The position numbers and the translations under genes are program-made. DNA of 64,000 nt from a virus (taxonomy: Duplodnaviria; Caudoviricetes): IMG/VR virus record IMGVR_UViG_3300028591_000169, positions 15,414-79,413 of that record, one strand, 5' to 3'. Positions 54,807 to 64,000 of the stretch are shown here, in pieces. The number at the start of each line of letters is the position of its first letter. Position 1 is the first letter of the stretch. The notes under the pieces were generated by a model that searched no databases, was not told the DNA's origin, and saw only the letters and a program-made list of their open reading frames with translations.

Positions 54807-57800
54807 TTATTCTTGAATTGCGTATATTTTTGAAGCAAAACCACTCCATCCAGATGCAGATTTATAAGTATCAACCGATTCTGTCGGGACATAGATTCTA
54901 TAAATATTTTGGAAAACAATGGTTCCCATAGTCGGCGGAGTGACTGCCCTGCATATTACTGAAAGATTATTAGCGGAATTGCAAAAAGCATAATTACCAA
55001 TAGATGTTAATGTCGATGGCAAATCAACACTAATCAAAGACGAACAATACCTAACCGCTTCGAAACCGATAGTCGTAACACCATTAGGAATAACGATGGA
55101 GATCAGTGACGAACAACGATAAAATCTAAAAGAACTTATTGTCGTTAATCCAGAAGGCAACACATCTGGATTAACCTCGGTAACTGGCTCTCCATTCACA
55201 TAAAGATCGCAGTTTATATTAGAATCCGCAAAATGAAAAGGGTGCCCACCATTTTTACCAGTGCCACCTTCAATATTAACACTACACCATTTTTCAATGC
55301 TCGGGATATTCACCCTTGAAATAGAAGTACAATTTTGGAAGGCATAATTTCCAAAAGTCGAAAAGTCGTCATGTATTGTCAACTCTTCTATCGATGTTGC
55401 GCCTTGTAAAGCATACGACCGCAGACTGGTTACTGAAGCCGGAATCTCTATTTTCGTAACCTCCTCTCCATTAAGGTAAAGGTGATGAGCAATTCGGAGA
55501 GGATTTGACTCACCCCCGGCATAATTGATTTCTAACCATTTCTCAAGGTCTGTAATATTCACTTGAGATAGCGGGGCGTTGGTTGCACAATGTTGAACAA
55601 TGCTCGTAGTGTTAGGAGGGATGGCGAATGTCGTAAGTTCCGTCCAATCATGGAAGGTTCCATCAGCCCCACTATATGTTTTTCTTGATAATTCTGTAAT
55701 CCCGGTGAAATATTTCAACTCATCAAACGAAACGACAGTAGAATTAACAGTAGATGTAATGTTTATAAGTTGAGCGTTCGTCACCGCCGACGCGTCCGCC
55801 AAAGTAATTCCAACTCCGTCAGAACTCCACCCCTGAGCAAGACAAAGCGCCTCCATGTCGGGATCTGCAAATGTGATATAGATATTGGTAGGATCGTAAA
55901 TCACATATAACTGCGTATTGAAATACCTGGCGAGCGCCTTCTTGTACGAGGAGCCGTAGTCTTCCTCGTGCTCGTAATCGAGATCGAGCTTGTCACGCTG
56001 CGTGTCGTGGATGGTAAGCGAAGATATATCTACCGTACCCTCGACGAACGGCTCGTCAAGAACCGTTATACCATCGGCGGCAAGTCCCTTATATCTCGGA
56101 TCAGCAATCGAAGGAAGCATGTATGCCTCGGCATGTGTCTGGGCGACATAGATGCCATCCCATATGATCCTTATGTAAGTCAGACTATCGGATGCGTCAT
56201 ATGCATTTGCAAGCAACGCGAACGGATCTATGTCCGTATCCTCGATATGTACAGTCTGGATATCGGAATAGCCGTCAATGGAGAACGTAGAAATATGCTT
56301 TAGGCCTCGAAGAACGATACGAGTGAGATGAGCGGGAAGCGTGATCGTCTCAACCTTACTTCCGATCGGAATGTCAACGGACTGAATGGACGTGCCGGTA
56401 AGAAGTATGGTGCGTAGACGAGGGCAATTGGACAGACCAGACACCGACGCGATACTTGACGCATTGCGGGCATCAATGGTCTCGAGGCACTTGTTGTTCG
56501 AGAAGGATATGCCCGGAATGTTCGTCGTGACGCCGCTTTCGCCGCCGATAACGAAATTGATCAGCTTCTCGCCGACAACGCCGATTTCGGAAACATAGCC
56601 AGAGGCAAGGCGCCAAGTCTTCCAGTTCCCGAGACCAGTCATGTAGTTCGTTGCCTCGAGATAGAAAGTGGTTTCTCCGTACTGACCGGTATACACTATC
56701 TGACGCGTTACGCCATTCGCCGTCCTCGCTCCTGTATAGATGCCGCCGGCACCAGTAAGCAGGGCGGGATACATCCACATGACGGGAGTCGGTGCGTAAT
56801 CTATGCTTTCAGGACGGAATTCGATTCTTCCGAGATATGTTGCGGCATAATTCCCGAAAGCGCCATATTGGAACAGCGAAAGCATATAGATAGCACGACG
56901 CTTCACCCACAGACGCTCGGCGGAGAAATGGTCGCCAAGGCCCTGGGGAAGAGCCTCTGTACGCCCGGTGAGCCAAGCATCCTCGTACTTGAACGAGCCG
57001 TCTATGTTGTATGCGCTGACGGGGAAATAATTCTGCGCATTGTCCCAGAAACGCTGCTTGATGTAATTGATAAACCCATCATACGGATTGTTGGAACCAG
57101 AAAGCTGCGTCATCGCCTGAATGATGTTCTGCCCGATCGTTCTTCCACCACGCGTAGGAACGCCGGTCACGGTGCTTACATAATCGGTCCAGTAGCACTC
57201 GTAGATGAGGTTCCAGAACAGACTTCTACCACCGGCGAAGAACGGGGTCGTCCCATTCGCATCCATGAACTCGATGAAGTACGGCTTCGTATCGGCGCCC
57301 ATGTTGTCGATGTCGAACAGCGTATCCAAGTCGTCCTGTCTCCATTTCCATCTGCCGCCGTTTTCAAGCGTAGCCATCTTGTACGGATAAGTGTTCTTTG
57401 CGAAGTTGTCCGTCGCGCCGAAAAGGAGAACGAAGTCGAAATGGTACAACGCGTCCTGAATGTCCCAGAAGTTCTCAGCCTGAGCCATGAACGCAGCCCT
57501 TCTCGCAGCCTTGTAGTTCTCGTTCTGCTCATCGAGCGTACTTCCGGTAGGAAGTCCGAGGTTGTCGCCTGCGACATACGCTCCGACGGTTGAATCATAC
57601 CAGTAAAGGATGTATTCACCCTCTATCCAGAACTGCATTCCGCCGTAGTTCATTCGCGGATCACCAGCGAACTGCGTTTCCTGGAACGCCCCGACATTGG
57701 CATTGATGTTTGCAAGGACAGCGGCTGCATTCGCTCCTCCCCAAGTAGGGTCGTTAAGCGCTATCGGGAAGATGAGCGTCGAGTTGTGCCACACAAGGTC

Positions 57801-60788
57801 ATACGCGGGTTTGAGCTCGCTGATGAGAATAGCCCGCACAGCCTCTTCGTCTGCTGCGCCAGCTTCCTTGTCTATCTCCTTGCCGTGACAGTTGCCAACT
57901 TCAAGACCGGTCTGATATGTGCCGTTACCGTTGTTGATAGCGATACCTTCCTGCGTGTAGAAGTAGTTCACGCTTCCGGCACCAGTCCCCGCATCGTAAG
58001 GAACGGAGAACGTGGCTACCGGCTGGTTGTGGTCCGTTCCCTCAAGAGAAATGAGCGAACCCTTGACGGTATCGAAACCGAACGTGGGCTTGTCGCCCTT
58101 GTCGGGTCCGATTGTGAACATGCCGATGAAGGTATAAGACTCAACGCCATCGACATTCCTGTATTCGAAGCCGAACGCGGGATACTGATAGACGGCGACG
58201 ACAGGTTTCGGATCCGCATCGTGCTGAGCCTCGTTCTCAAGACCGATTGCATCATGCAGTTCCGTATAGGCTCTCGTAGCGCCCATCTTATGAGAATGCA
58301 TGGAAGACGCGGAATTGATCTTCGCCGTGATGCGCATAACGGCAGGATGGTTCTGGTCGCTCCCATTGGCTCCACCGTCGAAATATACCGTCTTTGACCA
58401 TGACGGAGTGCTCCACTCGTACTGGTACTTGTTGCCGACTTTCGTGCGGCTCGTGACATAGGATACGAGCGTCTTCTTGGCGTGATCCGCATCCTTTGAA
58501 TTCGACTTGTCTATTCTCCAGCGAATATTCCACCTGTAGTAGTTCATGGAAGTAGTACCCTGACCCATCGTTTCCACGCCTTCTATCTTCCAGTCCCACT
58601 CCGGGTGCTCGCCGTAATGCATCTCGATAGTGGACACGCCCTTGGTGTCTTTTTCCCAGTGATTCGCAGCAGAAGGTATTCCTTCACCCTGCGTCATGTT
58701 GATTACGAAATAGTTGAACCCGTTGTTCTTGACGGCTTCGTAATCGATAAGTGTTCCACCAGCATCAACGACAGAGGCGAATCTCGCATCTGTCCGTTCG
58801 CGTTCCTGAATGGTCTGGAGCGAATTGATATAGTTGACCTGTATCTGCGCGTCGCTCAAAGCCGTAGGATAGTGACGGATGAAATAGATGAACACGTCAG
58901 AGTAATCCGAACCTATGACGAGGTCGCCATTGAATCCAGCCCAGTCCTGAGAACCGGAATAGTCGAACATGAAGTTCTTGCAGCCGTCATAGACATAGCC
59001 CTTGACTATGTTCTTGTTTCTGTTGCCCTCGTAGTTGCGGCTTATCGTAAGGGCGAAGTGGACAGCCTCGTCATCGCAGAGACTCACGCCACGCTTCGCG
59101 TCGTTGTCGGAACTCGAATCGGCGAGCGAATGGACAGTTATATTCGTAGGCTTGATCCGTATTCCCTTGAACCCAGCATCTGTGGGGTTAGGAGAAATTG
59201 TTATGACGTTCTCGTCGTAATCTGCAACATTCGCAATCCTATAACATATCTCGAATGTCTGATTGTCGCCGGAAAGCAGATTGAACGCTGAATAGGGAAG
59301 TCTCACGCGAGTCTTCGCTGGCACCCTCAGGCAAGCGCGATTGTTATCGTCCATTGTCCAGCCATCCACGCCATTCGCGAAATCTATCTCAGTCCATGTC
59401 GCCTGAAGTTCGGAATCGTTCACAAGATTCACAAACTTGTCCTTGTTCGACTGGCTGTTGTTCCTGTTTGCGGCAAGCATGTAGAAGTCATAATCTCTCG
59501 TCGGCGGGAACACGGTTGAGTTGTCTATGGGGATTTCTGCGCCATCATGAGCCGTGTCGAGCGTAAGGACGAATTCTACTGAATAGTCATCACCCTGAAT
59601 ATCTGGCCATAACACCGAATAGGCAAGAGTCTGCTCAGAGCTTGTAGGGATATTGACAAGAGGCTGCGTTTCCGTATTCACGACAGATCCGCCATACTTC
59701 TGGTAGAATGTGGCGGTGAGATTCGTCCGGCTCGCTGTACCATTGTAAACAGCGTAGGAACATACGTTCGCGGAAGAATAATTGAATATCTTGTCGGCGA
59801 CATTGTTCACACACACGAGTTTCGCAGTATTCGCATCCTCCGCCGCCACGAACATGAACTGATATTCTATCGATTCCGACTCCAGTGCCGTAGTCGATAC
59901 AAAGACCTTGGCGGTATATACGCCAGTTTGCAGGTCAAGTATCGGATTGCCGAAAGCGATCTGATAGTAATAAGGTCTGTTCGCATAGATATTCGTAGTG
60001 CCGATATTTGTGGTGAGGTCTTCAGCAACAGCCCTTGTACCGTCGGAATTGAATATGCCGATATGAAGTACCTTGTATCCGGCACCGGCAATACGGAAGC
60101 CGCCTAGTGTCCTGCTAGCCTCGTCGTTCTCGATGACTGGGATATACCAGTAGTTGTCAAACAACTCGACATAGAGTTCGGCGAGATTCACGGTATAGAC
60201 AAGGGCCTGCGTAACCGTTCCATCTTCCGCCTCGAACTGGAACTTGACACGGTTCGTGCCGTTCACAAGATATGAAAAGACATCCATCGCGACGGTGGAT
60301 CCGGCGGGATACAGTATCCGCTCGGTAAGCGGAACATAGTTTCCAGTAAGACCACGGTCTATGTAAATCGTGACGAAACATCCCGTCTGCGTATCGCTCC
60401 ATGCCGGATCGGTTATGGATTTCGTCTGCACCTTGAACGTGGTGGACAGATTGAGCGTACCGGCATTAGTGGCGGTATTGATCACCGTACTGCCCGTATT
60501 GTTCGTAATGTCCACCCTGTAAAGCGTAGACGAAAAGCTCATGGGACACGCGAATATAGGCAGCGCGGTCTGCGAAGTGTCGTTTATGAACGAATCACGG
60601 TCCTCCTGACTAGCGAAGAAATACATCGTGTAGTTGGTAGGATCGAAATACGCCGCCGCAGTTACATTCCTGAGATACGACTTAATGAATGTCTGAACCG
60701 CCTCACCACTGTAAGGTAAGTTCACGTCCGGATCATTTCCCCAGTCGTCGTCAAGATTCTGAATGTTGTTCGTGCTTGTCTTTGCCAT
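54807..60788 (-). CDS. Large tail/spike protein, 1993 aa, with a LamG-like region, CotH-kinase-like motifs and a C-terminal BspA LRR
   Basis: Motifs FIGMFTIGPDKGD, GATDNFAKN and WRQDDLDTLFD; LRRs (SNCPRLRTILL, AFQNCTSI, FYRCSSLISI); ends with YVP.ESVDTYK.ASGW. Confidence 0.7.
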   Translation of the reverse strand: MAKTSTNNIQNLDDDWGNDPDVNLPYSGEAVQTFIKSYLRNVTAAAYFDPTNYTMYFFASQEDRDSFINDTSQTALPIFACPMSFSSTLYRVDITNNTGSTVINTATNAGTLNLSTTFKVQTKSITDPAWSDTQTGCFVTIYIDRGLTGNYVPLTERILYPAGSTVAMDVFSYLVNGTNRVKFQFEAEDGTVTQALVYTVNLAELYVELFDNYWYIPVIENDEASRTLGGFRIAGAGYKVLHIGIFNSDGTRAVAEDLTTNIGTTNIYANRPYYYQIAFGNPILDLQTGVYTAKVFVSTTALESESIEYQFMFVAAEDANTAKLVCVNNVADKIFNYSSANVCSYAVYNGTASRTNLTATFYQKYGGSVVNTETQPLVNIPTSSEQTLAYSVLWPDIQGDDYSVEFVLTLDTAHDGAEIPIDNSTVFPPTRDYDFYMLAANRNNSQSNKDKFVNLVNDSELQATWTEIDFANGVDGWTMDDNNRACLRVPAKTRVRLPYSAFNLLSGDNQTFEICYRIANVADYDENVITISPNPTDAGFKGIRIKPTNITVHSLADSSSDNDAKRGVSLCDDEAVHFALTISRNYEGNRNKNIVKGYVYDGCKNFMFDYSGSQDWAGFNGDLVIGSDYSDVFIYFIRHYPTALSDAQIQVNYINSLQTIQERERTDARFASVVDAGGTLIDYEAVKNNGFNYFVINMTQGEGIPSAANHWEKDTKGVSTIEMHYGEHPEWDWKIEGVETMGQGTTSMNYYRWNIRWRIDKSNSKDADHAKKTLVSYVTSRTKVGNKYQYEWSTPSWSKTVYFDGGANGSDQNHPAVMRITAKINSASSMHSHKMGATRAYTELHDAIGLENEAQHDADPKPVVAVYQYPAFGFEYRNVDGVESYTFIGMFTIGPDKGDKPTFGFDTVKGSLISLEGTDHNQPVATFSVPYDAGTGAGSVNYFYTQEGIAINNGNGTYQTGLEVGNCHGKEIDKEAGAADEEAVRAILISELKPAYDLVWHNSTLIFPIALNDPTWGGANAAAVLANINANVGAFQETQFAGDPRMNYGGMQFWIEGEYILYWYDSTVGAYVAGDNLGLPTGSTLDEQNENYKAARRAAFMAQAENFWDIQDALYHFDFVLLFGATDNFAKNTYPYKMATLENGGRWKWRQDDLDTLFDIDNMGADTKPYFIEFMDANGTTPFFAGGRSLFWNLIYECYWTDYVSTVTGVPTRGGRTIGQNIIQAMTQLSGSNNPYDGFINYIKQRFWDNAQNYFPVSAYNIDGSFKYEDAWLTGRTEALPQGLGDHFSAERLWVKRRAIYMLSLFQYGAFGNYAATYLGRIEFRPESIDYAPTPVMWMYPALLTGAGGIYTGARTANGVTRQIVYTGQYGETTFYLEATNYMTGLGNWKTWRLASGYVSEIGVVGEKLINFVIGGESGVTTNIPGISFSNNKCLETIDARNASSIASVSGLSNCPRLRTILLTGTSIQSVDIPIGSKVETITLPAHLTRIVLRGLKHISTFSIDGYSDIQTVHIEDTDIDPFALLANAYDASDSLTYIRIIWDGIYVAQTHAEAYMLPSIADPRYKGLAADGITVLDEPFVEGTVDISSLTIHDTQRDKLDLDYEHEEDYGSSYKKALARYFNTQLYVIYDPTNIYITFADPDMEALCLAQGWSSDGVGITLADASAVTNAQLINITSTVNSTVVSFDELKYFTGITELSRKTYSGADGTFHDWTELTTFAIPPNTTSIVQHCATNAPLSQVNITDLEKWLEINYAGGESNPLRIAHHLYLNGEEVTKIEIPASVTSLRSYALQGATSIEELTIHDDFSTFGNYAFQNCTSISRVNIPSIEKWCSVNIEGGTGKNGGHPFHFADSNINCDLYVNGEPVTEVNPDVLPSGLTTISSFRFYRCSSLISIVIPNGVTTIGFEAVRYCSSLISVDLPSTLTSIGNYAFCNSANNLSVICRAVTPPTMGTIVFQNIYRIYVPTESVDTYKSASGWSGFASKIYAIQE

Positions 60789-60794
60789 AGTCTT

Positions 60795-60968
60795 CTAAAT
60801 ATTCTTCCATCCGTATTCGTTCTTCCACGGGAGATCATCCCTCCAAGCGCCAGAAGAATAGCAGCATGCCGCCTTCTCCCACTTAAGACGCCTTCCCCAA
60901 TAAACGAAATCCCTGTCCTTCTTTTTTGTTATGATGGCGGATTTCGGCTTTGAATCCCTGTATATCAT
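60795..60968 (-). CDS. Small Trp-rich tail-cluster protein, 57 aa (MIYRDSKPK...CCYSSGAWRDDLPWKNEYGWKNI)
   Basis: Hand-translated; start abuts the upstream stop and the ORF ends 6 nt before the large tail gene. Confidence 0.55.
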   Translation of the reverse strand: MIYRDSKPKSAIITKKKDRDFVYWGRRLKWEKAACCYSSGAWRDDLPWKNEYGWKNI

Positions 60969-61389
60969 CAGTCTTCGTCAACAAAGTACCTCTTGTCTGG
61001 ATCGACTTCGTCATTTGCGACCAGCGCTTCGTATTCTGCGACAGTAAGGTCAACGTCACGGGCCTCAACCCATGTTTCTGTCGCATATCCGGAAATGTCT
61101 ATGTCGGTATTTCCGACCTTCATCCAGGAATATGTTCCATTATTCGACGAAACAGTAACATAAATGTCTTTCGTCTCAGGACTATCCGAGTTGGCCACAA
61201 GAAACATCTTGCCCTTCGTCGACGTGGATGCGGCAAGTGCTCCGGTATAATTTACAGAATCGTATGTAACGACAACACCGGCAGGTATCTCTTCCTCAAC
61301 AGGAACGCTCAGGCCATTCCATGCCATTATGTAAGACGGACCGCCAATAGGCAATCCCTGACCGAACGGATATAAAACTATAGTAGCCA

Positions 61390-61390
<1 letters not shown>
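60968..61390 (-). CDS. Tail-fibre cluster protein, 140 aa
   Basis: KDIYVTV....YSWMKVGNTDIDISGYAT and LTVAEYEAL...DPDKRYFV fibre-type motifs. Confidence 0.55.
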
Positions 61391-62331
<941 letters not shown>

Positions 62332-62361
62332 AGTTTGTCTTTGTTATACACAGACAAACAT

Positions 62362-62391
62362 AAGAAAAGTCTCCGCCGAATTAACGGAGAC
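62362..62391 (-). terminator. Intrinsic terminator after the transglycosylase gene
   Basis: GTCTCCG/CGGAGAC stem followed by TTTTCTT. Confidence 0.7.
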
Positions 62392-62426
62392 AAGTGGTTT
62401 AGTTATAGGAGAAAAGGATTTGTGTT

Positions 62427-64000
62427 TTACTTCTTTGCCTCCTTGAGTTTTGCAATGGCGGCACGGATCTGTTCCGGAGAATATCTGTCAATAGGACCGC
62501 CATCTCCGTGCTTCCATTTCTTCGCGTTCAATTCAAACACTGCCATCTTCTTCTGAGCGGGAGTACCATGAGCCTTAAACCAACTAGCAGAATGACCAGT
62601 GCGTTTTTTCAGGGCAGTGAACTTTCCACGGTTCTCGGGCTTGATGTGGATTTTACCACCAGTAGCTTTTACATCAAACTCGCCAGATTTTACTCGCTCC
62701 AGAATTCCGTTGTAAAAAGGGTCGACATCTGGATATCCGGCGTTTGCACGCTCTTCTGCTACGCCATTTAACGTCTCTAAAGCCTCTTGTATATCAGGTA
62801 CTTTTGTGTAACCCGTAGTCTTTACGAATGGATTGCCCGCCATATCAAGCAAGTCGCCATATTGCTCAGAAGCGGATGACAAGGGCTTCGTTATATAATA
62901 TTGCCTGTCAGGGTCCAGATCACCTCTGGAAGAACTACCATGGTCAAAGAAATCCCATCTTTTATAATATATGTTGCCGTCAGAATCCCTGTATAACCTA
63001 AAAGGCGCAGCACCAATATCTCCCATCGAAACCTGGTCAAAGGGATATTCATATTCAATGTCACCAGCCTTACGATCATGCACAACGCGATACACCTTAT
63101 TGACAGTCGGGAAATATCGGGCAAGAATATCGTTGTTAAGCGGAATTAGTTTGTCCCTGGTTATTTCATCTTCTCCTATCTGATACATCGGAACATCTCT
63201 TCCAGTACGTTCTCGATATCTCGTTACCGCATCATTTACAAGCCCATATCCATCAGATGTATCAACCTTAACGGCCCCAAGTGACGATAACTGCCGCTCC
63301 TGCTGTTCCGGAGACATAAGGAACAAGTTGTCAAAAGCATCGACCTTGCCTCTCAAATTGTGATACAGGTTCGGAAAGAAGTTATATTTAATCTCAGATA
63401 GCGGATTGTATTCAAATGCGGAATCTTTTATCGTGTCATATATCGTTCTATGTAAAACAGGCGGAATCTTATCTGCATTGTCGTGATAGAATTTCGCAAC
63501 GTTTTCCGCCGTATCCCCATTCGAAACTTTTTCAATAGCTTTATCGATAAACGGAACAAGCATATTAATCGGCGAAATCCCGGTTATGCTTCCAGGTCCT
63601 CCTGCGCGAAATAGATTGCCACCATTTGCATAACCACGTTCAGCCGCCGCCTTCTCAAATGCCGCATTCGTATACACAGTAGAATCAGGTATATCCTCGT
63701 CAAAGGCAAGATACTTCACATATCTCCGCGTCTCAGGATTCAAGTCATCAACCCAATTGTCAGGATTGCTGATATCAATACCGGCATCCCGTTTCTTCCT
63801 CAGGAAACCACGGAGATTTCCCGCACCCCAGTTATAGGCAGCATACAGCTTCGCAAGTTTGGCCCTGTCAGAGTCGGAGTCGGACCAGAACTCCTGCAAA
63901 TCACGCGGAATAATCCCCATCACCCGGTCCCTTACCTTACGGTTATACACTGGATCATTCAAATCCCCGGCCTTTCCCCTGCCTCTCCCGAGATAGTCCT
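62427..64000 (-). CDS. Virion protein with a soluble lytic transglycosylase (SLT) domain, 5'-truncated by the window edge
   Basis: AAYNWGAGN and ETRRYVK SLT motifs. The frame stays open upstream of the track start (DYLGRGRGKAGDL), so the gene begins outside the window. Also carries ANGGNLF and GGKIHIKPENRGKFT. Confidence 0.75.
   Translation of the reverse strand, partial: DYLGRGRGKAGDLNDPVYNRKVRDRVMGIIPRDLQEFWSDSDSDRAKLAKLYAAYNWGAGNLRGFLRKKRDAGIDISNPDNWVDDLNPETRRYVKYLAFDEDIPDSTVYTNAAFEKAAAERGYANGGNLFRAGGPGSITGISPINMLVPFIDKAIEKVSNGDTAENVAKFYHDNADKIPPVLHRTIYDTIKDSAFEYNPLSEIKYNFFPNLYHNLRGKVDAFDNLFLMSPEQQERQLSSLGAVKVDTSDGYGLVNDAVTRYRERTGRDVPMYQIGEDEITRDKLIPLNNDILARYFPTVNKVYRVVHDRKAGDIEYEYPFDQVSMGDIGAAPFRLYRDSDGNIYYKRWDFFDHGSSSRGDLDPDRQYYITKPLSSASEQYGDLLDMAGNPFVKTTGYTKVPDIQEALETLNGVAEERANAGYPDVDPFYNGILERVKSGEFDVKATGGKIHIKPENRGKFTALKKRTGHSASWFKAHGTPAQKKMAVFELNAKKWKHGDGGPIDRYSPEQIRAAIAKLKEAKK

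Noticed and set aside
32728-60788. Diversity-generating retroelement acting on the LRR or fibre tips
   Set aside because: No reverse transcriptase in the window, and I saw no near-identical template/variable repeat pair differing at adenines. A TR outside the window cannot be excluded.

Overview
This window is 64 kb of a crAss-like (Crassvirales) Bacteroidota phage genome, covering the late/virion module. Almost every gene is on the minus strand and reads with the standard code. Reading right to left in transcription order: a 5'-truncated lytic-transglycosylase virion protein; a tail-fibre/spike cluster, including a 1993-aa protein with CotH-kinase-like motifs and a BspA-type LRR tip; an accessory cassette of unknown function (basic peptide, 4-TM protein, HTH, then a Gly-rich TM/coiled-coil protein operon ending in a zincin) interrupted by an antisense NUMOD4-HNH endonuclease; small conserved genes; a tRNA-like element and a second structured RNA candidate; GroES-like gene, putative TerS, dUTPase, TerL and portal; an intervening tail-fibre, lysis and LRR block; scaffold-like protein, major capsid protein, ring/hub/auxiliary proteins and a glycosyltransferase-like gene; a muzzle gene split in two and carrying an Ig-domain insertion; and the ejected cargo proteins, ending in the 5' part of a giant virion RNA-polymerase-like gene that runs off the left edge. 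All family assignments come from motif recognition and synteny recalled from known crAss-like phages, not from database searches. The main leads are a recurring A-N-G-G(-N-L-F-x-x-G-G) motif that brackets modules in several cargo proteins, the 49-53.6 kb cassette, the split Ig-decorated muzzle, the 125-nt tRNA-like RNA, and a pseudoknot/antisense-type leader in front of the HNH gene.
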